Assembly: GCF_006345805.1 (NCBI RefSeq)
Contig: NC_042999.1
Coordinates: forward strand, 96,286,001-96,350,000
Source of the DNA: Octopus sinensis
Lineage: Eukaryota
DNA length: 64,000 nucleotides
Direction: 5' to 3'
Positions 14,451-28,601 of this stretch are shown in pieces. The notes under the pieces are model-generated. The model was not told where the DNA came from. It saw only the letters and a list, made by a program, of their open reading frames with translations, and did not search any database. Made by a program: the position numbers and the translations under genes. The stretch's first letter is position 1, and each line of letters starts with the position of its first letter.

Positions 14451-15956
14451 ACAAAATGGTTGAAAAATTATTGAAATTTGAAAATTGTGGTTGTTATTTT
14501 TGTTGTTATTGTTATTAAATGTTGGTCTGAAAAAAGTTACTTATTCAACAACACATGATGTTTTTAATTTTATTTATGTCTAAAATGCTTCAGTTTTAGC
14601 CTAGTTACCAAACAATATAATATACAAAGAATTTCATGAAAATTGAACCATTCGAAAGGAAATTGACAGACAATAAATTTTTTTCTGTTTCATGAAAATA
14701 AAACTAAATTTATGAAAAAAAACTATTCAAATGATAAAAATTGTTCCAATAAGTCCCAATTTACTAATCCATTAACATAAAATTCACTTTCAGTGAAAGA
14801 AAGTATAAGCAACTACTAATTATAAATTATCTACCATAAGACTTCATCATTATAGATTAACTACTAAGAATGCATGAGATTTAGTCTCCATTCTTAAATA
14901 TCATGGTATAAATACAAAGACATTCTTTCAAAACTATTAAATAAATTAATTCTTGGGAAATAGATCTGAAGAGTAAATACTTAATGTTACAATATAAAAT
15001 AAAAGAAAAATGACCCTATCATTGAAATAGCAATTCTGATTTTAGGAAATCATTTTAATAGTTTCTTATAACTAACCAACTATCAACTGCATGCTTTGGG
15101 TTGTATATAATACCAGTATCAACAAATAGCTAAATTTGTAAAACAAAAATGAAATGTTGCCCTTTCTTTGAAATCCAGTGTTGTTATTAAACTTTTTGAG
15201 TCGAAGTGACTGGATTGGGAAGGTACCTGACTACTGGCTTCCTGGAAGTTAATGTGCATCCCAAAAAGACATTGTGTTGTTTCCCAAAGCAAAACACTTC
15301 TGTCTACTTGCAGAATCATATATTTATTACTATTGTTTCTCTTTTATATAAAACTGATGTTAATATATTTGTAATAATGATATTTATAAAAAAAACAACT
15401 TAATAGATGTTGATGATACTGGTGAGGATAGTAGTATCATTGTAATCAAGGTATTAGCTGTAGACGTTTCCTGTAATAACTTAAATATCAGAGAAAATGT
15501 AAAATGTATTTTACATTTTAAAATGTATTTTAAGAATCAACCTGAGAATTGCATCAAATTATAAATATTTCATCATGATTCTAACATCCGAACTCTAAGA
15601 TGGTAGTGAAAATAGTTACCAACAAAACGTTGGACTAATTTTTTTTTATGGGATCAAATTCAGTACTTCTGATTAAAAATCCCATTAAAATTAATTTTTG
15701 CCTTTCATCTTTTTGAGTTTGATGAAATAAGCACCACTGATATAGCTCCGACCCTTAAAAAAGATGTAGCTTTGTGCCTAGTTTAAAAAAGTCAATCTTA
15801 TTTAGTTTCAGAATACAGTCTTTCTTATTTTACATGTTATAGACATTTGTGTGTTAATAAATGTTGTGGGGTGGGGGATGAGATAGGTGGGTGTATGTGC
15901 AAGTATGTGTGTGTGTGTGTGTGTCCATAATACAAATGAGTGTATGGTGTAGTGGA

Positions 15957-16006
15957 AGTAGTAGCAGTAGTAGTAGTAGTAGTAATAGTAGTAGTAGTAG
16001 TAGTAG
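15957..16006. repeat. (TAG)n microsatellite
   Basis: Directly visible. Confidence 0.95.
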
Positions 16007-17178
16007 AAAAACATCTGGTTCTGTACAGGGAAGTATTTGCTGTATCAGTGTTTAGGTATGAATGGGCATATTGCTAAAAATGAAAAAAAGCAAGGAGAGT
16101 GACCAGTGTGAGGCATGGTTTTTAATATACATATGAATATTCCATGAACAAGGTGGGAATCTGCTGAAAAAAAAAAATAAAATATACCTTGGACAATATT
16201 TATAATAAAATAAAAATACTAAAAAAAAATACACAACAGCTGGCTGCTTAATATGATGAAATTATGGTTGATCTCTGACTCCTTGCCACAGGTGGCACAG
16301 TCAGGGAAAAATGAACACGAGGTGTTGTAAATAATTCCTTTATATATGTGGATTTCAATAACCATGTATATATATCTTTATATATATAAATATACATGTT
16401 TGAGTGTGTGTAAATACATATATATATATATATTGATATATGCACACAAAACAAACACATGTATGTATATATGTGTGTGTGTGTTTATGAATTATATATG
16501 TGCGTGTATATCTTTGTCTATATGTATTATATGTTTATATCTAGAGATATAAACCTATATTTGTATGCATATATATATATATGTATGTATATGTATATAT
16601 CTTGGCTATATATCAAATGTGTACAAAACACAAATATTTTTTGCATGAATAGCAGAGGCAAACACAAATGGATACAATAAAAGAAGAAAATGATGCTAAC
16701 GCAAAGTTATACTCATATTTTATAAAATCTCGTACGTTATGTGAGGAATATTTTGCACATCTCACAGTAATATATATGGACACAATTATACAGTTGCATA
16801 TGCATATTAGAATGAACAAACACATATATAAGCATTATATGTATGTGTGTATATATTACTATATGTATTTATATATATACTATGTGAATTTATGTATATG
16901 TGCACATATATATATATGTATGTATATTATATATATCATAAATATACATATTAAATATATATATTATATATATATATTATATGTTTACATTATATATATT
17001 TATATTATATATATGTATTATATATATATTATGCATATATATAAATATATATACCATATATATCTATTATGTATAATATAAATATATATATCCATTTACA
17101 TATATATATAGATATATATGTAATATGAATATATATAATATATCTATGTATATAATATATATATATAATATGAATATA

Positions 17179-17229
<51 letters not shown>

Positions 17230-17851
17230 TGTGTGTATATATAATATGTATATATATATACATATAGGTATATATATATATAATACATATAGGTATATAT
17301 ATATATATAATACATAGGTATATTATATAATATATATATGTCTGTATATATAATATATATACATATTGATATATAAATATACATACAGGTATATATATAT
17401 ATAATATATATATGTCTGTATATATAATATATATCATATTGATATATAAATATACATACAGGTATATATAAATATAATATATATATGTCTGTATATATAT
17501 AATATATATCTGTATATATATATATATACTATGATATATAAATATACATATAGCTATGTAATAGATATAAATGTATAGATATAAAATATATATATACATA
17601 TATATATGACTATAAAATCTATATAGATATATAAATGTATAGATATAAAATATATATATACATATATATATGACTATAAAATCTATATAGATATATAATA
17701 TGTATATATGGCTATAAAAATAATATATATATATATATATCCACAGTTATACCTATATAATCTATATGTATATATATATAAATATATATATATACACAGA
17801 TATAATATATATGTATATAAATATAGATATACATATATATTATGATATGCA

Positions 17852-17883
<32 letters not shown>

Positions 17884-19627
17884 GATATATACTCTCTATG
17901 TATATATATATATAGATAGATATGGATATAAAATATATATGTATATATATACACATACGAGATATATAAAATATATATGCATATATATATGTTTTGTATA
18001 TACATATATATATGCATATATATATGTTTTGTATATACATATATCTATTAAATATGCAAATATATAATATGTATATATTTATAAATGTATATAATATGTT
18101 TTTATATATATATATATATAATTATTTATACCTAGATATAACATTTCATATACATATATATATGTATATATATAATACATATAGGTATATATATATATAT
18201 AATACATATAGGTATATATATATATATAATACATAGGTATATATATATATAATATATATGTCTGTATATATAATATATATACATATGATATATAAATATA
18301 CATACAGGTATATATATATATAATATATATATGTCTGTATATATAATATATATACATATTGATATATAAATATACATACAGGTATATATAAATATAATAT
18401 ATATATGTCTGTATATATATAATATATATTGTATATATAATATATATACATATTGATATATAAATATACATATAGCTAATGTAATAGATATATAAATGTA
18501 GAGATATAAAATATTTATATATACATATATATATGACTATAAAATCTATATAGATATATAATATGTATATATGGCTAAAAAATATATATATATATATATA
18601 TCCACATTATACCTATATAATCTATATGTTATATATATAAATATATATATACACAGATATAATATATATGTATATAAATATAGATATACATATTATATTA
18701 TGTATATGCATGTGTGTATATATATATATATATATATAGATATATACTCTCTATGTATATATATATATAGATAGATATGGATATAAAATATATGTATATA
18801 TATACACATACGAGATATATAAATATATATGCATATATATATGTTTTGTATATACATATATATATGCATATATATATGTTTGTTATATATACTATATCTA
18901 TAAATATGCAAATATATAATATGTATATATTTATAAATGTATATAAATGTTTTTATATATATATATATATAATTATTTATACCTAGATATACATTTCATA
19001 TACATATATATATGTATATATATATAATATGCATATATTTATTTACATATATATCATAAATATTTATATATATCTACATATATATAGTATATGTACATAT
19101 ATCTATTATATATATATATATATGATATATATATTATGTGCACATACACATTTTATATATATAAGTTATATACATATATTATATATTATATGCCTATATA
19201 TGTATATATATATGATGTATATCTATTTTATACATGTAATATATATATATATGGACATATATACATATATATATATATACATATAAATATATACAGACAC
19301 ACACACATATATATATATTTGATATATATACTTTTATATATGTTATATATATACTATGACATACATATATATATATATATATTTAATATATAGATATATA
19401 TTATACATACTGATACATTTTATATATTATATATATATATATAATGTATATACATATATATTTTGTATATATACATAATATATATATACTATATATATAT
19501 ATATATACATGTGTATATATATTATGTATGTGCATATTATATGTATATATATATTATATACATATATGTATATGTATATATATATTATACGCATATATAT
19601 TGTTTACATACACATATATGTATATTG

Positions 19628-19880
19628 TATGGGTTCAGTCCCACTGCATTGCATCTTGGGCAAGTGTCTACTACCGTAGCCTCAGGCCGGCCAAATTCTT
19701 CAAAGTGGATTTGTATATGGAAACTGAAAGAAGCCCATCATATATATGTATCTAATATATATATATGTATGTACATGCATATGTTTGTATTCTGTGTTTG
19801 TCCCCCAAATATCATTTGTCAGCCGATGCTGGTGTGTTTGTGTCCCCATAATTTAGCAGCTTGGCAAATGAGTCTGATAC
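19628..19880 (+). mobile_element. 5'-truncated tRNA-derived SINE (same family as 42990-43416)
   Basis: gggttcagtcccactgc...ttgggcaagtgtct...ggaaactgaaagaagccc and cgatgctggtgtgttt match the full copy. Confidence 0.85.
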
Positions 19881-20075
19881 AAATTGTGAAGACCTGTTGG
19901 GGCAAGTGAAATCGAAATTGACCAATCCTACGACTGGCACCCGGCAGATCCAGGACCCCTGGACTGGTGGTACGTAAAAAGCACTATCCGAATCGTGGCC
20001 GATGCCAGCGCCGCCTCGACTGGCTTCCGTGCCCGTGGCACGTAAGATGCACCAATCCGACCATGGCCGTTAACG
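19881..20075 (+). mobile_element. GC-rich, CpG-retaining SINE-like segment with internal tandem ggtacgtaaaaagcac/ggcacgtaagatgcac
   Basis: Abrupt GC-rich island with internal direct repeats; resembles, from memory, an abundant Octopus SINE tail; family not verified. Confidence 0.55.
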
Positions 20076-20327
20076 TATATATCCATACATATATATAGAA
20101 CGTATATATATATACTTTGTATATATATATATGATGTATATAAATATATATTCATTTATATATATATATATATTTAAAATATATATATGTAATGTTTATG
20201 TATATAATATATAACTTATACATATATATATATATATTTACATTGTATATGTATATGATATATAAATTATATATAATATAACATATATACTATATAACAT
20301 TTATGTATATATATTATGTATGTATAT

Positions 20328-20372
<45 letters not shown>

Positions 20373-20604
20373 GTGTATATATATATATAATTAAAATACA
20401 TAAGGTATATATATGATATATTGTGTGTATATATATATATGTAATATATAATGTGTATATGCATATTTATATAATATATGTATATATATCTGTGTACCTC
20501 TCACATACACACACCTAAACACATATATATATGTATATATATTTATATAGATAGATAGATATGCATACATATATATGTGTTTGAACATATGTATGTTCAC
20601 GTGC

Positions 20605-20810
20605 TATGGTGAACATACCTCGCCCAGTTGTTCAGGTGATGTGCTCACAACTTTTAAGCTGCAGATTTGATTCTTGGCCCAACTTAGGTATTGTGCCCTG
20701 GAGTAATATATTTCATTTCACATTTCTCTAATCCCCTCAGCTGAGAATGAGTACCAGTAAAATAAGTGGAGTTTGAATTTGTGCTAGGCTGGTGTCCTGC
20801 TCATCATTAA
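20605..20810 (+). mobile_element. Decayed tRNA-derived SINE
   Basis: A-box-like (cgcccagttgttcag) and B-box-like (gatttgattcttgg) remnants followed by cactcagct-like core. Confidence 0.4.
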
Positions 20811-20893
20811 GTCTTGTAATCTCACCTAAATATCACAGAAATCTGAAAAAACGCCAGCCTTGTGAGCTTATAGGTTTGAAGCAGATTTTATGC

Positions 20894-20931
<38 letters not shown>

Positions 20932-22207
20932 TAATGAGATTACGGTATGCAATATGTATATATACATGTACATGTGGGTGTTTCTGCTTTTTTATGCTTC
21001 CATGCACTGGATGGTTTTATAGAGGCAGTAATTTACAACCAGACACCCTTTATATTGCCAACTTTTTGTTACCTGTTACACATACACATTAATATACATA
21101 AGTAAATATATGTGTGCATAGATCAATATATGTGTTTGTCATACATGAGTGTCTATGAATATATGTGTGTACATATATATATATATGCATATATATAATG
21201 TGTGTGTGTATATAATGTGTATATATATGTATGTATGTATATATATATGTATGTATGTGTATATATATATATATATATAATGCACAGATATAAATTTATT
21301 TAAAAATATTTTGATTGCTTTTTAGTCGGTGTATTTGTTGTGAAAGCTACTTGTACAACACATCACACTGGAGACATGCCAAATGTACAATTAAATTACA
21401 CAGCTGGTCCCTAAATTTGGATCAGTTAACTATTTAAGGACTTTCAAATTTGCATTGATGTTGGGATGTATCCCAACCAAATCTACTCATGAAAAGAATC
21501 TATTGCGGGGGAATATAGTGAACCAAATTTATAAATAAAAAGAGATACTCAGTGGACTTTTGTGAACATTTCCTGAAAAAAAAAAAAAAAAACTGAAATC
21601 AATTTTTAATGTTTTTTCATTTCTTTATTTAATCCCTTTTAAAATTTTAAAACAAAAGCCATACCTGTTGAAGAGTTTTACAAAAATCTCCTGCTCCCTT
21701 GAAATTATAACTGTTATTTATAAAACAAACAAAAATAAAATTTTCTTGTTATTGTATTTTTGTTTACATTTTGCTTATAATATGTACTGAGATCTTCCAA
21801 GACACACAAGTGTTTAACTTGACCAGACTGGTGGTTTTAACTGAGCTGTGAAATAGATAGTTGCATCAGAGGTGGAGTCCTGTTTCACTTAATAGTATTT
21901 TAATTGTTTTCTAGCACCCATATCCCAACCTCTGTGCTCTCAACTAGATTTTTATTTTAATACTCTTCAATTTGGTAAAAATTTGTTGAAACATTGAAGA
22001 AATTAACAAGCAAATGAAACAGAAAAAAAGAAATACTCTAAAATTGCGTGTGCATAGATGAATGTTTTCGTTGTATTTATTTACATTCCATTCATTGTTT
22101 ATATGCGTAAATCTGAAATTATTGTTTTAATTTCTCTTTGAAAAGATTTTCTTTGTACCTTAGTTATTTTTGAATTTAAATTTATTGTATAATTATTACT
22201 TTTGAAA

Positions 22208-22244
<37 letters not shown>

Positions 22245-22738
22245 ACTCCAAATACTTTATTAATAATAATCATCATCATCATCATCTATTGATGTCACTA
22301 TTATAATGTTATACACTGATACTGACTTACCATAACTGTTATAATTAGTTTTATCATAACAAAATATATATTTCAACCATTGTTATGTACCTTATTTTAT
22401 TTACTGCTGCTATTTCGCAACTAATGGTTAAAATAAAAAAAAAAATTAATTAATTAAAAAAAGAACAAAATCTAAAAACAAAAAAAATATTCACAAGAAG
22501 TTGTTTTGCATTTGTTGCCACTATGTATATATGTTTTGTATATATACATTGACCACAATTGCAAAGTTGCAGTATTGGGAGTTCTTACTGTGTGCATCTG
22601 TTACATCATATTTGTACCATGCCTTTATGCATATTAAAACAATACAAAATAAATTCACGTGTCACTACATATATACATATATATATATATGTGTGTATAT
22701 ATATGTATATATATGTATATATATATGGATATATGTAT

Positions 22739-22779
<41 letters not shown>

Positions 22780-23210
22780 CAGAAGCACTAATTATTAAGA
22801 ACAAAAATATCTAAAGTAGTATCAATACATTTTTGAAATTAATATTCATTAACTCTGTAATGATGATGATGATGATAAAGATGATGAAAAAATTAATTAC
22901 AAAGTTACTAACAGAGCAGTAGATAGGTTTTAACAAACATTCTAAAATTATAATAACACTAGTATTAATTATAGGTACTAATATTACAACAGCTAATACT
23001 ACTACTACAATAAAATACACAAATATTAATAGTAGTAATGCAACCAACACTAGATTTCTAATCAGCTGAAATCTTTATGAAGGTGAAAGAAATATAAAAT
23101 CTTTGTATAGAGTGGAAATAGTGTTAAAACAGTATGGTGTTGACTTGACGATAGCTAATAAAAACATTAACAAAACTATATTAACAGCAGCAACAATAAT
23201 ATGCAATTGC

Positions 23211-23247
<37 letters not shown>

Positions 23248-25099
23248 TAAGAAACCAAAGAAAAACCCAACAGAAATGGTATTTATTCAGCTTCATGTAT
23301 TTGTATATCTATGGTGGAAACCCTTTATAAATACCAAAACAAAAGCTATGAGTGATCAATATATCTCAAGTGAGGGTTTTTTTATGTTTACAGTTAAATT
23401 TTATTTTATTTTTATTTTTGTCTTTGGGGTTTGTTTAATAGCTGACGTTTTTAATAACAATAGTCAGCTTTTCTCAAAACCAAATGTTGTTATTAAAAAG
23501 TGTTTTTAAAGTATACAGCTTCCAGGGTTCCCTTTGTATATCAGCATACATGTACTCAAACATATGTACTTCTACATACTTGAACATTAATTTATGTTTG
23601 TGCATAGACACAAAGATGCATAAACACACACATACACGAACAAAATGTAGTTACAGACTTATTATACCAAGTTATTTTCAGCTTTATTGAAAACAGTGTT
23701 ATAATTGTCGAAGGCAATTTTTAACCATTTGATAAAACAATGTTATATGCATATGTTAATGTATTGATATGCAAACACAAATACACGAATCACATTCAGG
23801 ACACAAGATTCTCTATAATTTGTAACACACTTTAAATCAACAATAGTCATGTACATGCATATAAAAATACATGCATGTGTGATATGCACATATATGAGTG
23901 TGTGTGGGGGTGGGGCGTGTGTGTGGGGGTGGGGCGTGTGTGTGTGTGTGTTTGTGTATATATATATATATATGTATATGTGTATATATATAAATATATA
24001 TGTGTATATGTGTGTATATATATGTGTCTATGTGTGCATATATATATATATATATGTGTATATATGTATATATATATATATGTGTGTATATATATATGTA
24101 TATATATATGTGTATATATATATATATGTGTATATATATATATATATATAATATATGTGTGTATATATATATGTATATATATATGTGTATATATATATGT
24201 ATATACATACACATTCTATATACATATATTTGCACTGCACATATGCAATACACATGTATGAGTGTATGTGTGTGTGTATAAAATGATGTGTATGCATGTA
24301 TCTACTATATATTTCATTGGTTACTTGTCTGCATGTACATGTGTGTATGTTGTGTGTATGTGTGTGTGTGTGTGCATGCACACAAATTACATAAACACTT
24401 ACATATTCACACTCAAATCATGAACATTTATATATACACTGTCACATACAATAAAAATAGGTGCATGACAATCAGCTGATACTTCTTGAAATGATTATTT
24501 TTTGGACCATTCTGGGGAAAAGAAAAAATCTTCAAGAAGAATATGGGGTAAAACACTCAGAGATACAACTATGAAAAACCTTAAACAGCTAATTGTATTT
24601 CAAAACAAAATGATAGATTGTAGATTTTCAACCAGTTTTTTTTTTTACCTTTTGTTGTTTTTGTTTATTTATTAATTATTTTAAAAATCTTATAGTTTAT
24701 ATAGTGTATGTTAATTTCTAATATCCGACCACTGGGAAAAAGCTGGATTATGTTATATAGTGGCACAGTTATCTTTATGTCTTCTATTTAATAAAAATTC
24801 AAATAATAAAAAAAAATATATCTGTTAAATTTGTGGTTGTTTTATTTTTAGAATTATTGCTTTAATTTCCTTCGGTTTTTGTTGTTGTTTTTTTTTCATC
24901 TCATGCAATTATATCTTCATCATCTACAAGATAGACATAGTAAGTAAATCAGATGAAGCCTATCAGGAAGAAAACAGTAAGATATTGTAAGGAAAAATGA
25001 AGGGAAAGGCAATAACAGTTAGAGAGACAAGTAATTTGAAAGTGTTAGCATTATAGATGCTGCAAACATTGAGAAAAATGTATGTTTACAAGTTTAATT

Positions 25100-25235
25100 C
25101 TCAATCATGAGCTTCCAGGTTCAATCTCACTTCATGGCACTTAAGGCAAGTGTCTTCTGCCATAATCTTGATTTGACCAAATCCCTGAGAATCTCTTGAT
25201 GGAAGGAAATTGTGAAGAACTCACCAGATATATAT
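25100..25235 (+). mobile_element. Decayed SINE fragment (family of 42990-43416)
   Basis: ccaggttcaatctcacttcatggcacttaaggcaagtgtcttctgccata aligns to the full copy. Confidence 0.7.
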
Positions 25236-25547
25236 GCTTTTGTGTGTGTGTGTATTAGTTTGCTGTTATATCAAGTGACATATAAAAGTAATTTCCCATT
25301 AAATTGAAGAGTTACTCAATATTTTTTGGAAGAATACATATTTATTCTTACTCTCAGCATTTTGTAAAAGTTTATATGTGTATGTGTGTGTGTATGTATG
25401 CATGCATAAATGCTTATTTAATAGATTTGTGTGATTGATATGCACTGAATGATGGACTCAGATGCCCTGTTGTAGGAAAAGTAGATGTTAAATAAGAATG
25501 ATAATATATTAAGAATTTGACTGTTAAAACTTCCAAGCAAATAGTTA

Positions 25548-26065
25548 CCGTAAATCCTCAAGTATAATCCGCATTTTTTCCCAAAATTTAAAGGTCAAAA
25601 TCCCTAGTGCTATATACAAGGTTAAAAATGAAAAATATTTTCTAGACAATGTCCGTGTCTCTATTTGCTGTCCGGCAATGTTTATTCAGATGTATTTTGT
25701 GATGCCGGGTACGAAAATTCCTTAAGCTAAGCCTGAAAGCAATGAAGTCATAAAAGAATCATCCATAACTTGCAGTAAGCAACATTTATTAAAATAAAAG
25801 TATTCAGAACACAGAATAACATGTAACAAAAAACATTTGCAAACATATTTACATTCCCATATAACAGTTAAAAACATCACCATTATTGTATTACGCATGC
25901 ACAGAAGTGTTTGTTTGACTAGGTGCTGCTGGCTTAATTATGCACGACTCAAGTTAGAGAAGGGGTGCATAATTATACACAATGTTTAGGTTTTTCAAAG
26001 GTACAGCCCCCTAAAACTCCCCTGCATATTAAACTCAAGGGTGGACTATACTCGAGGATTTACGG
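25548..26065. mobile_element. Non-autonomous Tc1/mariner-pogo-type DNA transposon (MITE-like, 518 bp)
   Basis: TIRs CCGTAAATCCTCAAGTATAATCC / GGACTATACTCGAGGATTTACGG (two mismatches), flanked by TA on both sides (25546-47, 26066-67). Confidence 0.85.
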
Positions 26066-26093
26066 TATTGTTAACATTATACACATACATATA

Positions 26094-26480
26094 CAGGGTC
26101 CACCAGCTAAATTTGACAGTTTCCATAAAAAAAAAAAGTAAACACAATACCTCATCCAAAAATAAAAGTATTTAAAAAAATAAAATAAGTCAACTAGATG
26201 ATGGTTGGGGGTAGCAGTTTACTCAAAGTAGCTGCCCTCAGCTTCCACCACAGCCTCTAGTTGACTTTGGCACATGTGTTCATCACTGTGTACCTGGGGA
26301 GATCTTCAAGCATCTCCTTGATCTTGGCCACCAGCTTGGTCTTGATATTTCATAGTTGGTGTTTTTCTCAACAGCACCTGACACAGTAATCCAAGAAATT
26401 ACAATCAGAGGGATTAGAAAGCCAAAAATTGGGGCTGGTGAAGTCGTAGAAATTCACACACCGGCTAGTAGTGATAACAT
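26094..26480 (-). mobile_element. 3' fragment of a Tc1/mariner (probably maT/DD37D-like) transposon
   Basis: Minus strand encodes FWLSNPSDCNFLDYC, equivalent to the conserved FWPPSSPDLNPLDY motif; TA-preceded terminus cagggtcc at 26094. Confidence 0.65.
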
Positions 26481-26579
26481 CTAGCTACAATAATATTCTA
26501 TACAGAATATAATATCCAGCATTTTAAACAATACCAACTCTCCATCAGCATTATCATCATCATCACCACCATCATTACT

Positions 26580-26780
26580 TAACATCCATGTTCCATGCTG
26601 GCATGGGTTGTATGGTTTGACAGTTTGTACTTCAGTGTTTGCTTTAGCATGGATTTTATGGCTGGATGCACTTCCTAAAGTCAACCCCTTTACAGATGTA
26701 CTGGATGCTTTTTTTCATGCCTCCAGTACAAGTGAGGTCACCACACAGTTCACAACACTATGAACCCCTTGACAGAAAGG
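26580..26780 (-). mobile_element. Decayed SINE fragment
   Basis: ggctggatgcacttcctaaagtcaaccc and catccatgttccatgctggcatggg resemble common cephalopod SINE segments (recognised from memory). Confidence 0.5.
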
Positions 26781-27400
26781 GAACCTCTATTGATGATAGA
26801 AACTGACAGTATCATGGAACTTTGATAAAGTTACTGGCAATATCTTGACAAAGATACCAGTTACTGAAAGATGATTGGTCCAGTCAAATAAGTATAGGGG
26901 TAAATTTTATGATGCCATATTAAAGACTTCTGTAATGCGAAAATGAAAGAAAAACCCTGCACATCTAGTTCACTATAGTATCTACAATACCTGCTTTTCA
27001 ATACATTCAACATCATCATTCCCCATTTACTTTCATTTTACCTAGTTTTGGGGTAATGAAATTTGTCAAGATAATGAATTTCTATGAGTCAAAATCATAG
27101 AGAAAGAATAAGGACTTCTCAAAAGAATTCTCACAGTTAATGATTCTACCAATAATTATCTATCACATCTTATTTAACTTCTCTACATCAATGTAACATA
27201 GAAATGAACATTATGTCTATTTTGCAGAAAATTTCTATATTATTATAGCAGATAATTTCTCTTTAAACATTTGTGATGCAAGGTTTCAGAAGTAAACATG
27301 ATATTCTTTGATGACATTTTTATCTCCAATGAAAGTTCCTGGACAACTCTCAGTTAAAATCACTTCTAAGTTTTGAATCAATCACTGAAAGTCAACCTAC

Positions 27401-27460
27401 CAGGTTGCTGAAAAATACTCCCAGTTTTCACACGACGAAATCCAAGAATTGTAATTTGCC
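27401..27460 (-). CDS. Candidate 60-nt symmetric exon (ANYNSWISSCENWEYFSAT or GQITILGFRRVKTGSIFQQP)
   Basis: Acceptor tgtcattatatag|, donor CTG|gtaggt, retained CpGs, two open frames; not recognised. Confidence 0.25.
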
Positions 27461-28559
27461 CTATATAATGACATTAACTTGTAAAAAATATAATATGATA
27501 TTTCTTTCTAAAAAAATTATGCTATAACTTAATTTGAATTTGAGGTTTCCATGTATATGTTCATTATTATCTATTTATCTGTTACAAAGTGTAAAGAAGT
27601 AACAAAATTACTACAGACAGATAATTATAACTTGTCAGAATGCATAAAAGAAAATATCTCTTGAAACAAATGAAGGAGTAAAATTGTTATCTTTACAATC
27701 CTACATTTTTAAAAAACTTTTATCTGTCAGTAGGAGAAAAATGGTTATTGAAGAGGGAATTGTCTGAAAGAGAAAGTTAGGCACATGAAATAAGACTGGA
27801 TAAATCTATTGTGAGACACTTAATGTGAGTTTAAAGTACAACTTGATCCATACAGAAGATTGAAACTTGTAATAGAAAAAATACATCTCTGTAAAAAGAG
27901 CTCTACAGAGATGAGTAATCCGGAAATGGTTCTAGGGCCAAGTATAACTATTAAACATGTGTTTGATAGAGAAAGTCAGAGTAACCATACCTACTCTTGT
28001 GCAATTTCCTGACAAATATTAGCTATAGACACTTGATTAAAATATTGGTTAAATCTGTGGCTGTTAGGTCATTGGACATCACTAATTTTTGGCACTGAAA
28101 ATCACAAATAACTTTTTGCCAGCACAAGTATACTTTTAGTCCCCTGGAATAAACGATGTGGCATGATCTAAGTATTCAAACCAAAATATACGTCAACTAC
28201 ATTATAAATGAATACTATAAAAGAATCACCAAGACAGAAAAAATCCCTCTTCAAATCATTTAAGATGATTGGAAGAGGAAATTTTTATAGAGAAAAGTAA
28301 AATAATACTCAATTTAATGAAAGAAATAAGGCATTTTGAAAAGAAAAAAGTGAGATGGAATTCCTTTTATATTAACCATCAATTCAGTGATAAGTCCAAT
28401 TTCAATGATTGTTTAGAGATGTGTGCATTTTGGTATTAGAACTATTATTATTATATTAGGTATAGAGGAAACCTTAGAGTAGATCTCTTTTATTATAATC
28501 AGTGAATGAAGGTGAGCACAGACCATGACATTTCCTATCCTTCTAATATGATGAAAATG

Positions 28560-28601
28560 ATGGGCCCCACTCCCATGGTACTGCATGGGAGTGGGGCCCA
28601 T
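28560..28601. repeat. Perfect GC-rich hairpin: 18-bp stem, 6-nt loop
   Basis: atgggccccactcccatg-gtactg-catgggagtggggcccat. Confidence 0.97.

Larger units (their letters stand above)
16830..20600. repeat. ~3.8-kb TA-derived low-complexity block with ~850-920-bp higher-order tandem duplication and embedded SINEs
   Basis: Unique anchors recur at fixed spacing: cacatacgag at ~17952/18805, cctagatata at 18131/18982; ~65-nt subunits (gactataaaatctatatagatatataa at ~17608, ~17673, ~18537). Confidence 0.9.

Noticed and set aside
23103-23180. VEIVLKQYGVDLTIANKN resembling an ankyrin repeat
   Set aside because: No TPLH motif, no usable donor, and the frame runs into a microsatellite
27399-27452. Plus-strand AEKYSQFSHDEIQEL resembling the helix before an EF-hand
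   Set aside because: Bounded by stops, weak acceptor, no EF-hand loop found downstream
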